Assembly (NCBI GenBank): GCA_046758445.1
Contig: JBHIAE010000015.1
Span: 1-61,322 of the forward strand
DNA: 61,322 bases
Source: Candidatus Thorarchaeota archaeon
Lineage (GTDB): Archaea > Asgardarchaeota > Thorarchaeia > Thorarchaeales > Thorarchaeaceae
Direction: 5' to 3'
Positions 9,955 to 19,038 of this stretch are shown piece by piece (position 1 is the stretch's first letter; each line of letters opens with the position of its first letter). The notes under the pieces are model-generated. The model was not told where the DNA came from. It worked only from the letters and a program-made list of their open reading frames with translations, and made no database searches. Position numbers and translations under genes: made by a program.

Positions 9955-10239
9955 CTAGAAGCTGTCCATCCACCCCTGTGCTTTGTCCACAGCACTTCTT
10001 TCGTCATCATCCTGAACCGGCGTACCCGCCGCCTCAACGTCTTTAATGGTAAGGTTGCGATCAACAAACAAGACCACAGAATGGTCCTTGTCACACTTGG
10101 CCGGTATCAGAACCGGAATCCTCTTTGAGTCGCGTATCGACCCTTCTTCCACCGTGACTCCGTCCACAACTGCTCCACACACAGGGCAGGGAACGGGTGA
10201 AAGTATCCTATTGGTCACTGCTGTCACCCTTTCGTTCAT
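9955..10239 (-). CDS. Small Zn-binding hypothetical protein (CPVC...C..H-VVLFVD-N)
   Basis: CxxC plus CxxxH ligands; first gene of the operon with longin and GTPase. Start moved to ATG 10239. Confidence 0.7.
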   Translation of the reverse strand: MNERVTAVTNRILSPVPCPVCGAVVDGVTVEEGSIRDSKRIPVLIPAKCDKDHSVVLFVDRNLTIKDVEAAGTPVQDDDERSAVDKAQGWMDSF

Positions 10240-10569
10240 TCTTTTGGTCCCACACCATTCCAAGAAGGAATGGGCGAATTCCCATTTTGGGAGCCCATAT
10301 TCAAAAGCTGTTATCATTGATTATCCCATATTGCCAACGCAATTTGTCTTCTCATGCCCACAGAAGTGTTGCCTGAGGCAGGTAACTAGTCCTCAACTAC
10401 CTACAGCTTGAAACTAGCTTGCGATTATCCTGTACGGAATTGCCCAGCTCGTCCGCGACCAGAGTCTGTCCGAGTATTTGTTAAAAAGGAGTGAGCCCAG
10501 TGGTCCCTGGGACCAACATAACAGGAGGTACCTGGGATTTCACGAAAAGGCCTATCAAGAAAACCCTTC

Positions 10570-11310
10570 ATGCTGATGCTGCAAGATGAATCCGGTGAGA
10601 TATCGCCAGTCGTGCTAGACACATCACTTGTGAGTGCCGACAAGGCCATCATTGTTCTTGATGAGATCAGCGATACAACTTGGGTGTTTATTGGACGAGC
10701 TGTAGACATGCCCACAAGAATGCACGCTCTACGGCTGGGAAAAAGTCTGCAGAAGTCAGGCTACAAGATTGGAACGACCAACATTGGCATGGGGACAGCT
10801 CATATCGTAGAGATGCTGGAGAAGGACGATAGTGACCCGGAGGTCGCCGCAATGATCTCAAGGTTCAAGGAAACGTTGACTCGAAGGTGGAATTTCGAAG
10901 ACAAGTTCTTGGCATTTGATGCGAAGGGCGAACCACCTGCGAGGCCAGCCGCGAAACCGATGCCAGCTGCTCCGAAAGAGCCTGCCAAACCCGAAACGCC
11001 CTCCGTCGTAGCAACCACTCTTGAACCTGAGCCGGCAGCGCCTGCCGTGGTAATCGAACCAACGGGCTCTGTTGCCGATCAGAAGACGGCTTTCCTCATA
11101 TACTCAGCCGTAAGGAATTCAGACTTAGTCTATACTGAGCGCTTCGAGAGAGATGGAAAGATGGGCGTGAAGATAGAGGCACCTGGCGTGATGGTGATAG
11201 AGGCTGTTCAGGAGGGTGACAGTCTGAAGATTGATCCTGCGGACTTCGGAGACTCGGACGACGCTGCCAAGATAAAGTCAGACTACGAAGCTTGGATTGG
11301 GAAACTGTAG
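10570..11310 (+). CDS. Gelsolin-like domain + Pro/Ala-rich linker + unknown C-terminal domain
   Basis: 'LVSADKAIIVLDE...TWVFIGRAV...TRMHALR' resembles the gelsolin core (L.S....ILD....IyvW.G.......r..A); PEPA-rich linker. Confidence 0.55.
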   Translation: MLMLQDESGEISPVVLDTSLVSADKAIIVLDEISDTTWVFIGRAVDMPTRMHALRLGKSLQKSGYKIGTTNIGMGTAHIVEMLEKDDSDPEVAAMISRFKETLTRRWNFEDKFLAFDAKGEPPARPAAKPMPAAPKEPAKPETPSVVATTLEPEPAAPAVVIEPTGSVADQKTAFLIYSAVRNSDLVYTERFERDGKMGVKIEAPGVMVIEAVQEGDSLKIDPADFGDSDDAAKIKSDYEAWIGKL

Positions 11311-11385
11311 TTCTCACGCGGAACAAAACACCTCAACACGGCGGACGAGTGACTAGACCCTACAGGACACTAGTTTCTCGCGCTG

Positions 11386-12171
11386 CTATTTCTTCTCAGC
11401 TAATTGCCTATACCAGTACACGTACCTGATTCTGAATCCAAGTCGATGATAGAGTGACAACGCGGCCTCGTTTTCGGCAACTACCTGTAGATATGCCATC
11501 GTTGCACCCGACTTCGATGCCCATGATGCCAGCTCCTGATTGAGAGAGATTGCTATACCTTTGTGCCTATGCTCTTTCTCGGTGACAAGTCCGAATAGTC
11601 CCAGCCATTGACCTTCAAGCACGCCTACACAGACTCCGGCAATCCTCCCATTTTGTCTGATCAATGCGAACCGCGTATCTGCCTGTATCCGCTCTAGGAT
11701 TGCCCCTCGCACCTGTGCCGATTCCTCATCTATTTCACCGGCATGGGCAAATGCTGAGAGCCATTCTCGTGTGGGGTGATTGTATAGCTCTACGTCGTGG
11801 GCCGCTACCTCCTTTGTGAGTTTGCCGAGTGACGCAGTTTCAACATATGTCTTCAAGTTATAGCAGAACCCTACATTATCAAGAACCTCATCCAAGCCTA
11901 TTGGACAACTTGCCTTAGTCATCTGAAATCGCGGAACCAAATCTCGGCTATGGTAGAAATCAATAACGTGGTCAATAGCCTCATCAAGACTCAACGATGG
12001 TTCTCCAATGGGAAGGACGCTATTGGCTCGTCGAGTGACACCTAAGTCCGCCCTAAGAAGCCACCCACCCAAACTGACGACTTCTCTAGCTGGCCAGGCC
12101 CTGTAGGCCACCATCTCGATTTCTTTTATCTCTGCAGAACCGGCGGGAAAGCTTCTCAAACTCAAACGCAC
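11386..12171 (-). CDS. GNAT family N-acetyltransferase
   Basis: RRANS N-domain, HRHKGIA motif A and YLQV...NEAALSLYHRLGF. Confidence 0.9.
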   Translation of the reverse strand: MRLSLRSFPAGSAEIKEIEMVAYRAWPAREVVSLGGWLLRADLGVTRRANSVLPIGEPSLSLDEAIDHVIDFYHSRDLVPRFQMTKASCPIGLDEVLDNVGFCYNLKTYVETASLGKLTKEVAAHDVELYNHPTREWLSAFAHAGEIDEESAQVRGAILERIQADTRFALIRQNGRIAGVCVGVLEGQWLGLFGLVTEKEHRHKGIAISLNQELASWASKSGATMAYLQVVAENEAALSLYHRLGFRIRYVYWYRQLAEKK

Positions 12172-12392
12172 CTTCGAATGACACTTGAAACTGTGAATGT
12201 CTCTATATGGACCAAGTGTCTGCTGCTAAAACCACCGAAAAGTATGTTGATGATTGAGTCAGAGGTCGTGCAAGAATTCCCTCTCTGTGGCGTAATGAAG
12301 ATTGGGCCTCTATCAAATATCTCTCAAAGAGATTCGAGTCATTCATATTGGCGCAGACACCGAGTTTCATCAATCGACTTGGGGTAGGTATA

Positions 12393-15344
12393 ATGACAGA
12401 GGACAAGGCTGAAGCCATTCTTATCAGCGAAACGCATTGGGATCGTGCTTGGTACCTGACTTTCCAGAAGTTTCGACTCAAACTGGTGGGTCTCATGGAT
12501 CAACTCTTTCGTGTGCTGGAGAGCGATCCAGAGTTCAGGACTTTCACATTTGACGGTCAGACTGTCGTCCTTGAAGACTACTTGGAGATGGTCCCCTATC
12601 AGCGCGATAGACTGAGAGATTTCGTGATTAAGGAACGAATTGACGTTGGACCTTGGTATGTACTGCCTGATGTGTTTCTGGTGTCTGGCGAGGCTCTCAT
12701 CAGAAACCTATTGCTCGGAAGGAGAATAGCCAAAGAGTTTGGACGAGTCATGGAGGTCGGCTACATCCCTGATCCTTTTGGACACGTGAGTCAGCTTCCA
12801 ATGATACTCTCCCAGTTCCGATACGACTCGGTGATCTTCGCACGCGGTGCAGGGAATGAGATGCAGGAGCTTGGGGCGGAATTCATCTGGGAAGCATCTG
12901 ACGGAAGTGAAGTGTTGGCACACTGGCTACCTATGTCTTACTTCAACGTAGCCCGGCTGCCTGAGGATATTCAAGATGCGGTGAAAGCGGTTGAGAGCGC
13001 AGTTGAACAACTAAGACCTTGGTCGAGAATTGAAACGCTTCTCTTAATGAACGGTTCTGATCACCTCCTACCCCAGCCTCACGTTCCTAAGGTGATTCAG
13101 ACCTACAATGACAAACATGACAAGAAGATAGTGTTTGGCACGCTGACCATGTTTGTTGAGCGGCTACGAGAGAACCGAAGCAGACTGAAGAGATACCGAG
13201 GGGAGTTCAGAGGTTCCAAGTATCAGAATCTGCTCTCGGGAGTATATTCGTCAAGAGTCTATCTCAAGCAGATGAATGAGTATACGCAGAGACTCCTTGA
13301 ACGTGCTGTCGAGCCTTGGTGTTCAGTAGCCCACATCCTCGGAGCAAAGTACCCCGATGATGAGATTCGAATGGCTTGGAAGTATCTTCTAAGGAACCAT
13401 CCTCATGATGACATCTGTGGTTGCAGCATAGACGAGGCCCATGATGACATGGTTCAGAGATTCCGATGGGTCAGCGAGATCTCAGATTCTCTTCTTGAAA
13501 AGGCACACTCGACACTATCTCAAGAACATGCCAGGGACTCACCAGGAATAGTCGTTTCGAACCCCCTTCCGCGAGAAAGGAGTGACATAGTCATCTTCGA
13601 ATTACCTGCCTCGGATTTCAGATTCGCAAGACTTGCGGACGTGCAGGTTTCGAACACAGACCTTGTTCCAAAGACTCCGCTTGAAGCCGCCAAGAATGAG
13701 ATTCACATACAATTCGTGCTCGGCCAGGGTTTCAATCCGTCGCCGTCTGCGGCACGGGAGATTGTGATCGGAAGCAAAACTCTTACAGAATTCGAGTTCG
13801 ATTTCAGCGCACTTGCCTTATTGTTCCCAGAAGTGCGGGATAGACTACCTCACCTTTCGACAGCATACCGTATACGTGTGAACTCGGCCAACAAGATAGT
13901 CGAGGTCTGGGCTAGGAAGTACTATGCACTAGAGTCCATGAAAGGGATACCTCTTCTTGCAGATGAGGAAGGGAAATCTACTCCTATTCAGGTTCTTGAC
14001 CTTCAGCTTCGAAAGGACGAGAAGGCTCGACTCATTGCAGACCGTGAGGAGTTCTTATCTCTAGCGATACAGGTGGATAAAGTAGGGGGTCTCGGGACGA
14101 AGCGCTTTGACATTGCAGGTGTTTCCGAGGACCTGATAACTGATGTCAAGGGTGCAGTTGTGTCTGGAAACGACTCGATTGAGAACAACTTTGTTCGAGT
14201 CAAAGTGGAGTCAAATGGCACTATCATTCTGTCCGACAAACGAACAGACGAGGTCTACTCGGGGCTTCTTGAGTTTGAAGACAGTGCGGACGTGGGGGAC
14301 GAATATGACTATAGTCCGATAAGAGAGCCCCTGAGCATTCGTTCGGACAAGTTGGAGGTCACGATCGAAACTGGTCAGGAGGGGCCATTGATGGGATCGA
14401 TTCTCATCTCAGGGGATTTCGAATTGCCCTTGAGTGCTACGGCGGGCTACCAGAAACGATCTGACGAATCCGTCCAATGCGAGTTCACGACTGAGATCAC
14501 GCTGTACGCAGATAGTCCTACGCTGCACGTTGTGACTGAGTTCAACAATCTTGCAGAGGATCATAGATTGAGAATTCTACTCCCCACTGGCACTCACTCA
14601 AAGACTGTTCTGGCCGACACGACTTTCGACCTTGTCGAAAGGCCGGTTCGTCCCAAAGTGGACGACTCTGAATGGTATCAGCCAGCAGCTCCCACGTACC
14701 CATTGAGGAGATTTGTGAGTCTCAAGTCGACAAAGAGAGGACTCATGGTATGTACAAAGGGTCTCCTAGAGTTCGAGGTACTTGAGGAGCAAGGGGGAAC
14801 CATTGCTCTGACATTACTCAGGTCGGTTGGCTGGCTCGCACGGACTGGATTGAAGACACGGAAAGATGCGGCAGGGCCGATTCTTGAAACCCCAGGTGGA
14901 CAGTGTCTGGGTCTACATACCTTTGAGTATGCAATCACTCCTCATGACGAAACTGTTTCTGGTGAAGAGATGGTATCCAAGGCAGAGTCTTTTCTCCTGC
15001 CGATGACCTGTCATCTTGTACTTCCTGATAGAGAAGGCTCAGGATCATATGAGAAGAGTTTCCTATCTATCGAACCGGACTGTATAGAATTGTCTGCGTT
15101 CAAGCTTACTGAGGATAGACAAAGACTCGCGGTCAGGCTATGGAATTCCTCGGAAAGTAGGCAGATGTGTACGGTTCGTCTTGGTTTCAACGTTGCCGGT
15201 GTCGCCCCTGCAACCGCGGACGAGAACACAACTGATGACGAAAAGGTGACTCTTGAGGACGAGAGAACAATCCGGGCACACATTGCTCCTAGAGGTCTGC
15301 AGACGATTCTGCTCGAACTCAAACCTCTTGCGACACAACAATAA
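12393..15344 (+). CDS. GH38 alpha-mannosidase / mannosylglycerate hydrolase-like
   Basis: THWDRAW, FDGQ, GPWY..PD, PDPFGH nucleophile, NGSDH, HPHDDICGCS and TLLRSVGWL motifs. Start placed at ATG 12393. Confidence 0.92.
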   Translation: MTEDKAEAILISETHWDRAWYLTFQKFRLKLVGLMDQLFRVLESDPEFRTFTFDGQTVVLEDYLEMVPYQRDRLRDFVIKERIDVGPWYVLPDVFLVSGEALIRNLLLGRRIAKEFGRVMEVGYIPDPFGHVSQLPMILSQFRYDSVIFARGAGNEMQELGAEFIWEASDGSEVLAHWLPMSYFNVARLPEDIQDAVKAVESAVEQLRPWSRIETLLLMNGSDHLLPQPHVPKVIQTYNDKHDKKIVFGTLTMFVERLRENRSRLKRYRGEFRGSKYQNLLSGVYSSRVYLKQMNEYTQRLLERAVEPWCSVAHILGAKYPDDEIRMAWKYLLRNHPHDDICGCSIDEAHDDMVQRFRWVSEISDSLLEKAHSTLSQEHARDSPGIVVSNPLPRERSDIVIFELPASDFRFARLADVQVSNTDLVPKTPLEAAKNEIHIQFVLGQGFNPSPSAAREIVIGSKTLTEFEFDFSALALLFPEVRDRLPHLSTAYRIRVNSANKIVEVWARKYYALESMKGIPLLADEEGKSTPIQVLDLQLRKDEKARLIADREEFLSLAIQVDKVGGLGTKRFDIAGVSEDLITDVKGAVVSGNDSIENNFVRVKVESNGTIILSDKRTDEVYSGLLEFEDSADVGDEYDYSPIREPLSIRSDKLEVTIETGQEGPLMGSILISGDFELPLSATAGYQKRSDESVQCEFTTEITLYADSPTLHVVTEFNNLAEDHRLRILLPTGTHSKTVLADTTFDLVERPVRPKVDDSEWYQPAAPTYPLRRFVSLKSTKRGLMVCTKGLLEFEVLEEQGGTIALTLLRSVGWLARTGLKTRKDAAGPILETPGGQCLGLHTFEYAITPHDETVSGEEMVSKAESFLLPMTCHLVLPDREGSGSYEKSFLSIEPDCIELSAFKLTEDRQRLAVRLWNSSESRQMCTVRLGFNVAGVAPATADENTTDDEKVTLEDERTIRAHIAPRGLQTILLELKPLATQQ

Positions 15345-15369
15345 GGAACTAAAAGAAGCCTCGAAACGC

Positions 15370-16107
15370 ATGTTACACGACATTGAGCACCCTGCGGAAG
15401 TGGCTCCTCTTCTAGCTCCAATCCTGCACTTTCATCCGGACGAGGGGCGACTATGCTGCTTCCCATCCGATGCGGAGGTTGTGTTTGCCAAACATGGCGC
15501 TGATTGGAGTCGCTTCCACAAGGAACTAAGCCCCACGAATTTGGAAAAGGACTCACCCTGCTACTTCGAGTTCTGGCATGAACCGAATATGCTACAATTC
15601 AGGTTCTGGCTCTGGTACAACTACAACTCATTTCCGGGAGCACCACTTGGCTTTGGTCAACACATTGGGGATTGGGAACATGTGGAGATACGGCTCTATC
15701 AGCTTGATGACGATCAACCAGCAACAATCTGGCTACTCTCCAACCATCTTGAAGCAAGATTGTGCTCACAACCTGACAACTTGACGGTAGGCCGGCTGAC
15801 TCCAGAAAGCCCCATTCTGTCAGACATGCAGATTCACGTATGGGTGGCCCTGGGTAGTCATGCCAATTATCCCTCACCGGGCAGCAAGCCCAAGTGCTAC
15901 CTACGACTCTGGTGCGACAAGATAGCAGACGATGGCCCAGTATGGAACACAAAGAACAATCTGAAGTCACTAGATGAAACGAACTTCGCCCTCTACGAAG
16001 GGAGGTGGGGACACAAGAAAGCGCCGCGGAGCCCAAGGAGCCCCTACAATAACAGGACACGAAATGCCCCCTTGACCACACCGGCTAAGGCACCTGCATC
16101 GCAATAA
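15370..16107 (+). CDS. Vps62-like protein
   Basis: APILHFHPDE, FWLWYNYN, GQHIGDWEHV.IR, ALGSHANY and YEGRWG are Vps62/NPP1-like motifs. Confidence 0.75.
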   Translation: MLHDIEHPAEVAPLLAPILHFHPDEGRLCCFPSDAEVVFAKHGADWSRFHKELSPTNLEKDSPCYFEFWHEPNMLQFRFWLWYNYNSFPGAPLGFGQHIGDWEHVEIRLYQLDDDQPATIWLLSNHLEARLCSQPDNLTVGRLTPESPILSDMQIHVWVALGSHANYPSPGSKPKCYLRLWCDKIADDGPVWNTKNNLKSLDETNFALYEGRWGHKKAPRSPRSPYNNRTRNAPLTTPAKAPASQ

Positions 16108-16119
16108 CGGCTGACAAAG

Positions 16120-17217
16120 CTAATTGACAAACTCGATTGGTTCGTCGAACTCCTTTGAGAATCCCAAGAGGGTTTCAACCGTGTTGGCGTCGAGGGGAAT
16201 CCCTTCCTTCTCTCTCTGGGCGTGGATCTCGAACTCCTTTTCACCATGAACGTAGACTCTAGGGCATCCTTCGGCTTTGTCGCATTCGTGAAGAAGATCA
16301 ATGTAGTCATCCATCCTACGTTTGAACTCCTCGAGGTCAATGAAGAATGCAGGATCAAGAGCCATGAAGAAATGCCCCACACGCGGGTGAATGGTTTTCC
16401 CGTCCCTATGAAACACTACGTCTGGACCGAAGTTCGAGCCAGATAGCACTCCACTGAGAACGTCAACCATCATCGAGAGACCGTAGCCCTTGTGGCCTCC
16501 GTGCAACTCTCCTTCTCCACCTAATGGAAGAATCCCGCCCCCATATCCATGTAGCACATTGTTCAATACCCTTGATGGATCATCAGTACTTTGCCCCTTC
16601 TCATCAGTCGCCCAGCCATGTGGTGTTTTCTCTCCTGCACGCTCGTATACTTCGAGCTTGCCTCGGGGCACGACACTTGTGGCCAAGTCCATGACCCAAG
16701 GCTTGTTCTTTGACCCTGGTACTGCAATTGAAATCGGGTTCGTTCCGAGTATCGCGTCCCTCGCGAAGGTTGGCACCACTAGCGGTTCAGAGTTCGTCAA
16801 AGAGATCCCAATGAGATCGTGGTGTAACGCTCTCATAGCATAGTAGCCAGCGAAACCATAGTGATTGGAGTTGTGGACAGTGACTAGACCTATTCCCTGT
16901 AATCGGGCCTTGTCTATGGCCAAGTCCATCCCGTATACACCTGCGAACTGGCCAACTCCGTTTTGAGCATCGACATTTGCCATCACGGCGTTCTCTTTGA
17001 CAATGTGGGGTCTGGCATCAGGGATAATGTAGCCGTCCTTGATACCACCGACGTATCGTTGCACGCGGCCCACGCCATGTGAGTCGATGCCTCTAAGATT
17101 TGCGAGTACTGAATTGTCAGAAACGTAGTGCGCACTGACTTCGGGAACGCCACACTTGATCATTACCCGTCTAACGAAGTTGTAGAGATTCTCATGTTGT
17201 GCAACTCTCACGCTCAC
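16120..17217 (-). CDS. Ldh_2 family (malate/L-lactate/sulfolactate) oxidoreductase
   Basis: GIDSHG, NSNHYG, GTNPISIA, DLATS and GGHKGYGL motifs. Confidence 0.92.
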   Translation of the reverse strand: MSVRVAQHENLYNFVRRVMIKCGVPEVSAHYVSDNSVLANLRGIDSHGVGRVQRYVGGIKDGYIIPDARPHIVKENAVMANVDAQNGVGQFAGVYGMDLAIDKARLQGIGLVTVHNSNHYGFAGYYAMRALHHDLIGISLTNSEPLVVPTFARDAILGTNPISIAVPGSKNKPWVMDLATSVVPRGKLEVYERAGEKTPHGWATDEKGQSTDDPSRVLNNVLHGYGGGILPLGGEGELHGGHKGYGLSMMVDVLSGVLSGSNFGPDVVFHRDGKTIHPRVGHFFMALDPAFFIDLEEFKRRMDDYIDLLHECDKAEGCPRVYVHGEKEFEIHAQREKEGIPLDANTVETLLGFSKEFDEPIEFVN

Positions 17218-17304
17218 GACTAATCCCAGCTCTCTGATGATGCTTCAATCGACTACATCGATGGTCTAAAGGGTCTTGCTCTGCTAAACTTGGAGCTTCC
17301 AGGA

Positions 17305-18891
17305 TTAGTTTCTGATCGGTTGATATCCCTTCTTCATGACTGTGTCCACGGCTTCCAAGGACTGACTGGGGAAGTCCTTGTTGAAATGGGCACCTCGACT
17401 CTCCTTTCTCATCCGTGCCATTCTTACTATCAACTCCGCAACCTGTGCTATGTTCCGGAGCTCCACTAGGTCAGGTACTAAGTGGAAATCCCAATAGAAA
17501 GTGTTAATCTCTTTGTTGAGAAACTCCAGTCGATCACGAGCCCGCATCAATCGTTTGTTCGTTCTGACTATGCCAACATAGTTGACCATTAGCCGACGGA
17601 CTTCATCCCATAGGTGGGAGATGACAACCAGTTCATCGGGATCTGTGGCATCACCTGGATCCCAAGGAGGAATCTCCACTTGAGGAGTTTCTTGCTCAAT
17701 CTCCTCCGTAGCGATTTGAGCGGCATTATGAGCAAGAACAGCTGCCTCCAGAAGAGAGTTTGATGCGAGCCGGTTTGCTCCATGGAAGCCAGTGCCAGCA
17801 GTTTCTCCGATGGCGTAGAGCCCTTCCACATCGGTCCTTCCGTTGACATCAGCCTTAACGCCACCGCACACGTAGTGAACCGCAGGCACAACTGGGATGG
17901 GCTCTTTTGTGATGTCAATTCCTGCCTGCAGGCAGGTTTCGTAGATTGCAGGGAATCTGTTCCTGATGAACTCATCTTCTTTGAATGAGATGTCTAGGTA
18001 CATGTGAGCTACACCTGTCCGCTTCAGCTCATTGTCAATAGCCCTCGCAACAACGTCGCGGGGCGCCAGTTCTGCATCCGTATGGTACTCATCCATGAAT
18101 CTTGCTCCGCTAGAATCGATAAGAATCGCGCCTTCGCCCCGCAAGGCCTCGGATATCAAGAACGAGCGTATCTTGGGATGGAAGAGCAATGTCGGATGAA
18201 ACTGAATGAACTCGAGATTGGTGACACTAGCACCTGCCCTATATGCCATAGCAATTCCATCGCCAGTAGCAACATCGGGATTGCTGGTATACAGGAAGAC
18301 CCTACCGGCTCCTCCAGTTGCCAAGACTGTAACCTTGGCAGCAAATCGCTTGATCTCGCCTGTCTTCTTGTCAAGCACATAAGCACCGTGGACTCTATTG
18401 TTGGATACGAAAAGATTCACTGCCATGTGATTCTCAAGAATCTCAACATTCGTTGTTTTCTTCACTTCGCGCAACAGGGCATTCGCGATGTCCTTTCCTG
18501 TATGATCTTTAACGTGGAGAACACGGCGATGTCTATGACCACCCTCCAACGTTAGGTCGTACGCATCATAATCATCGTTCTGACTGAATTCAACACCAAG
18601 GTCTACAAGCTCTTGAATTCTTTCAGGACCCGAACGTACAAAGGACTCAACCACTTTCGGATGACACAAGCCAGCCCCCACTCGTATTGTGTCCTCAATA
18701 TGAGAGTCGAAAGAGTCCTCGGGCAAAACGACCGCCGCGATTCCTCCCTGGGCGCGTGAGGTAGCACCTTCTGACATCAGCCCCTTCGTAATGAGAGTCA
18801 CCTTTGCGCTTCCAGCCGCCTTAAGCGAGAAGAGGAGTCCTGAGAGACCAGAGCCAATCACAAGAATATCAGAAGTGTAAACATCACTCAA
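17305..18891 (-). CDS. nadB: L-aspartate oxidase
   Basis: IGSGLSGL FAD motif, AQGGIAA, LEGGH, QFHPT, SEALRGEG, ELAPRDVVAR and HGANRLASNSLLE. Start placed at TTG 18891 after a GGTGA RBS. Confidence 0.93.
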   Translation of the reverse strand: MSDVYTSDILVIGSGLSGLLFSLKAAGSAKVTLITKGLMSEGATSRAQGGIAAVVLPEDSFDSHIEDTIRVGAGLCHPKVVESFVRSGPERIQELVDLGVEFSQNDDYDAYDLTLEGGHRHRRVLHVKDHTGKDIANALLREVKKTTNVEILENHMAVNLFVSNNRVHGAYVLDKKTGEIKRFAAKVTVLATGGAGRVFLYTSNPDVATGDGIAMAYRAGASVTNLEFIQFHPTLLFHPKIRSFLISEALRGEGAILIDSSGARFMDEYHTDAELAPRDVVARAIDNELKRTGVAHMYLDISFKEDEFIRNRFPAIYETCLQAGIDITKEPIPVVPAVHYVCGGVKADVNGRTDVEGLYAIGETAGTGFHGANRLASNSLLEAAVLAHNAAQIATEEIEQETPQVEIPPWDPGDATDPDELVVISHLWDEVRRLMVNYVGIVRTNKRLMRARDRLEFLNKEINTFYWDFHLVPDLVELRNIAQVAELIVRMARMRKESRGAHFNKDFPSQSLEAVDTVMKKGYQPIRN

Positions 18892-19038
18892 GTGTCTTTC
18901 ACCATGTGCGCAGTTTTCAATCTCAGTGTCACTGTTCTCGAGAAGGACCAGTGTAAAGGTCTTTCTCATACGATGAGAAAGCACTGATCTACAAGACATA
19001 GATGTTCCTTTGGCCAAGATTTCGGCTGAGAACACACC

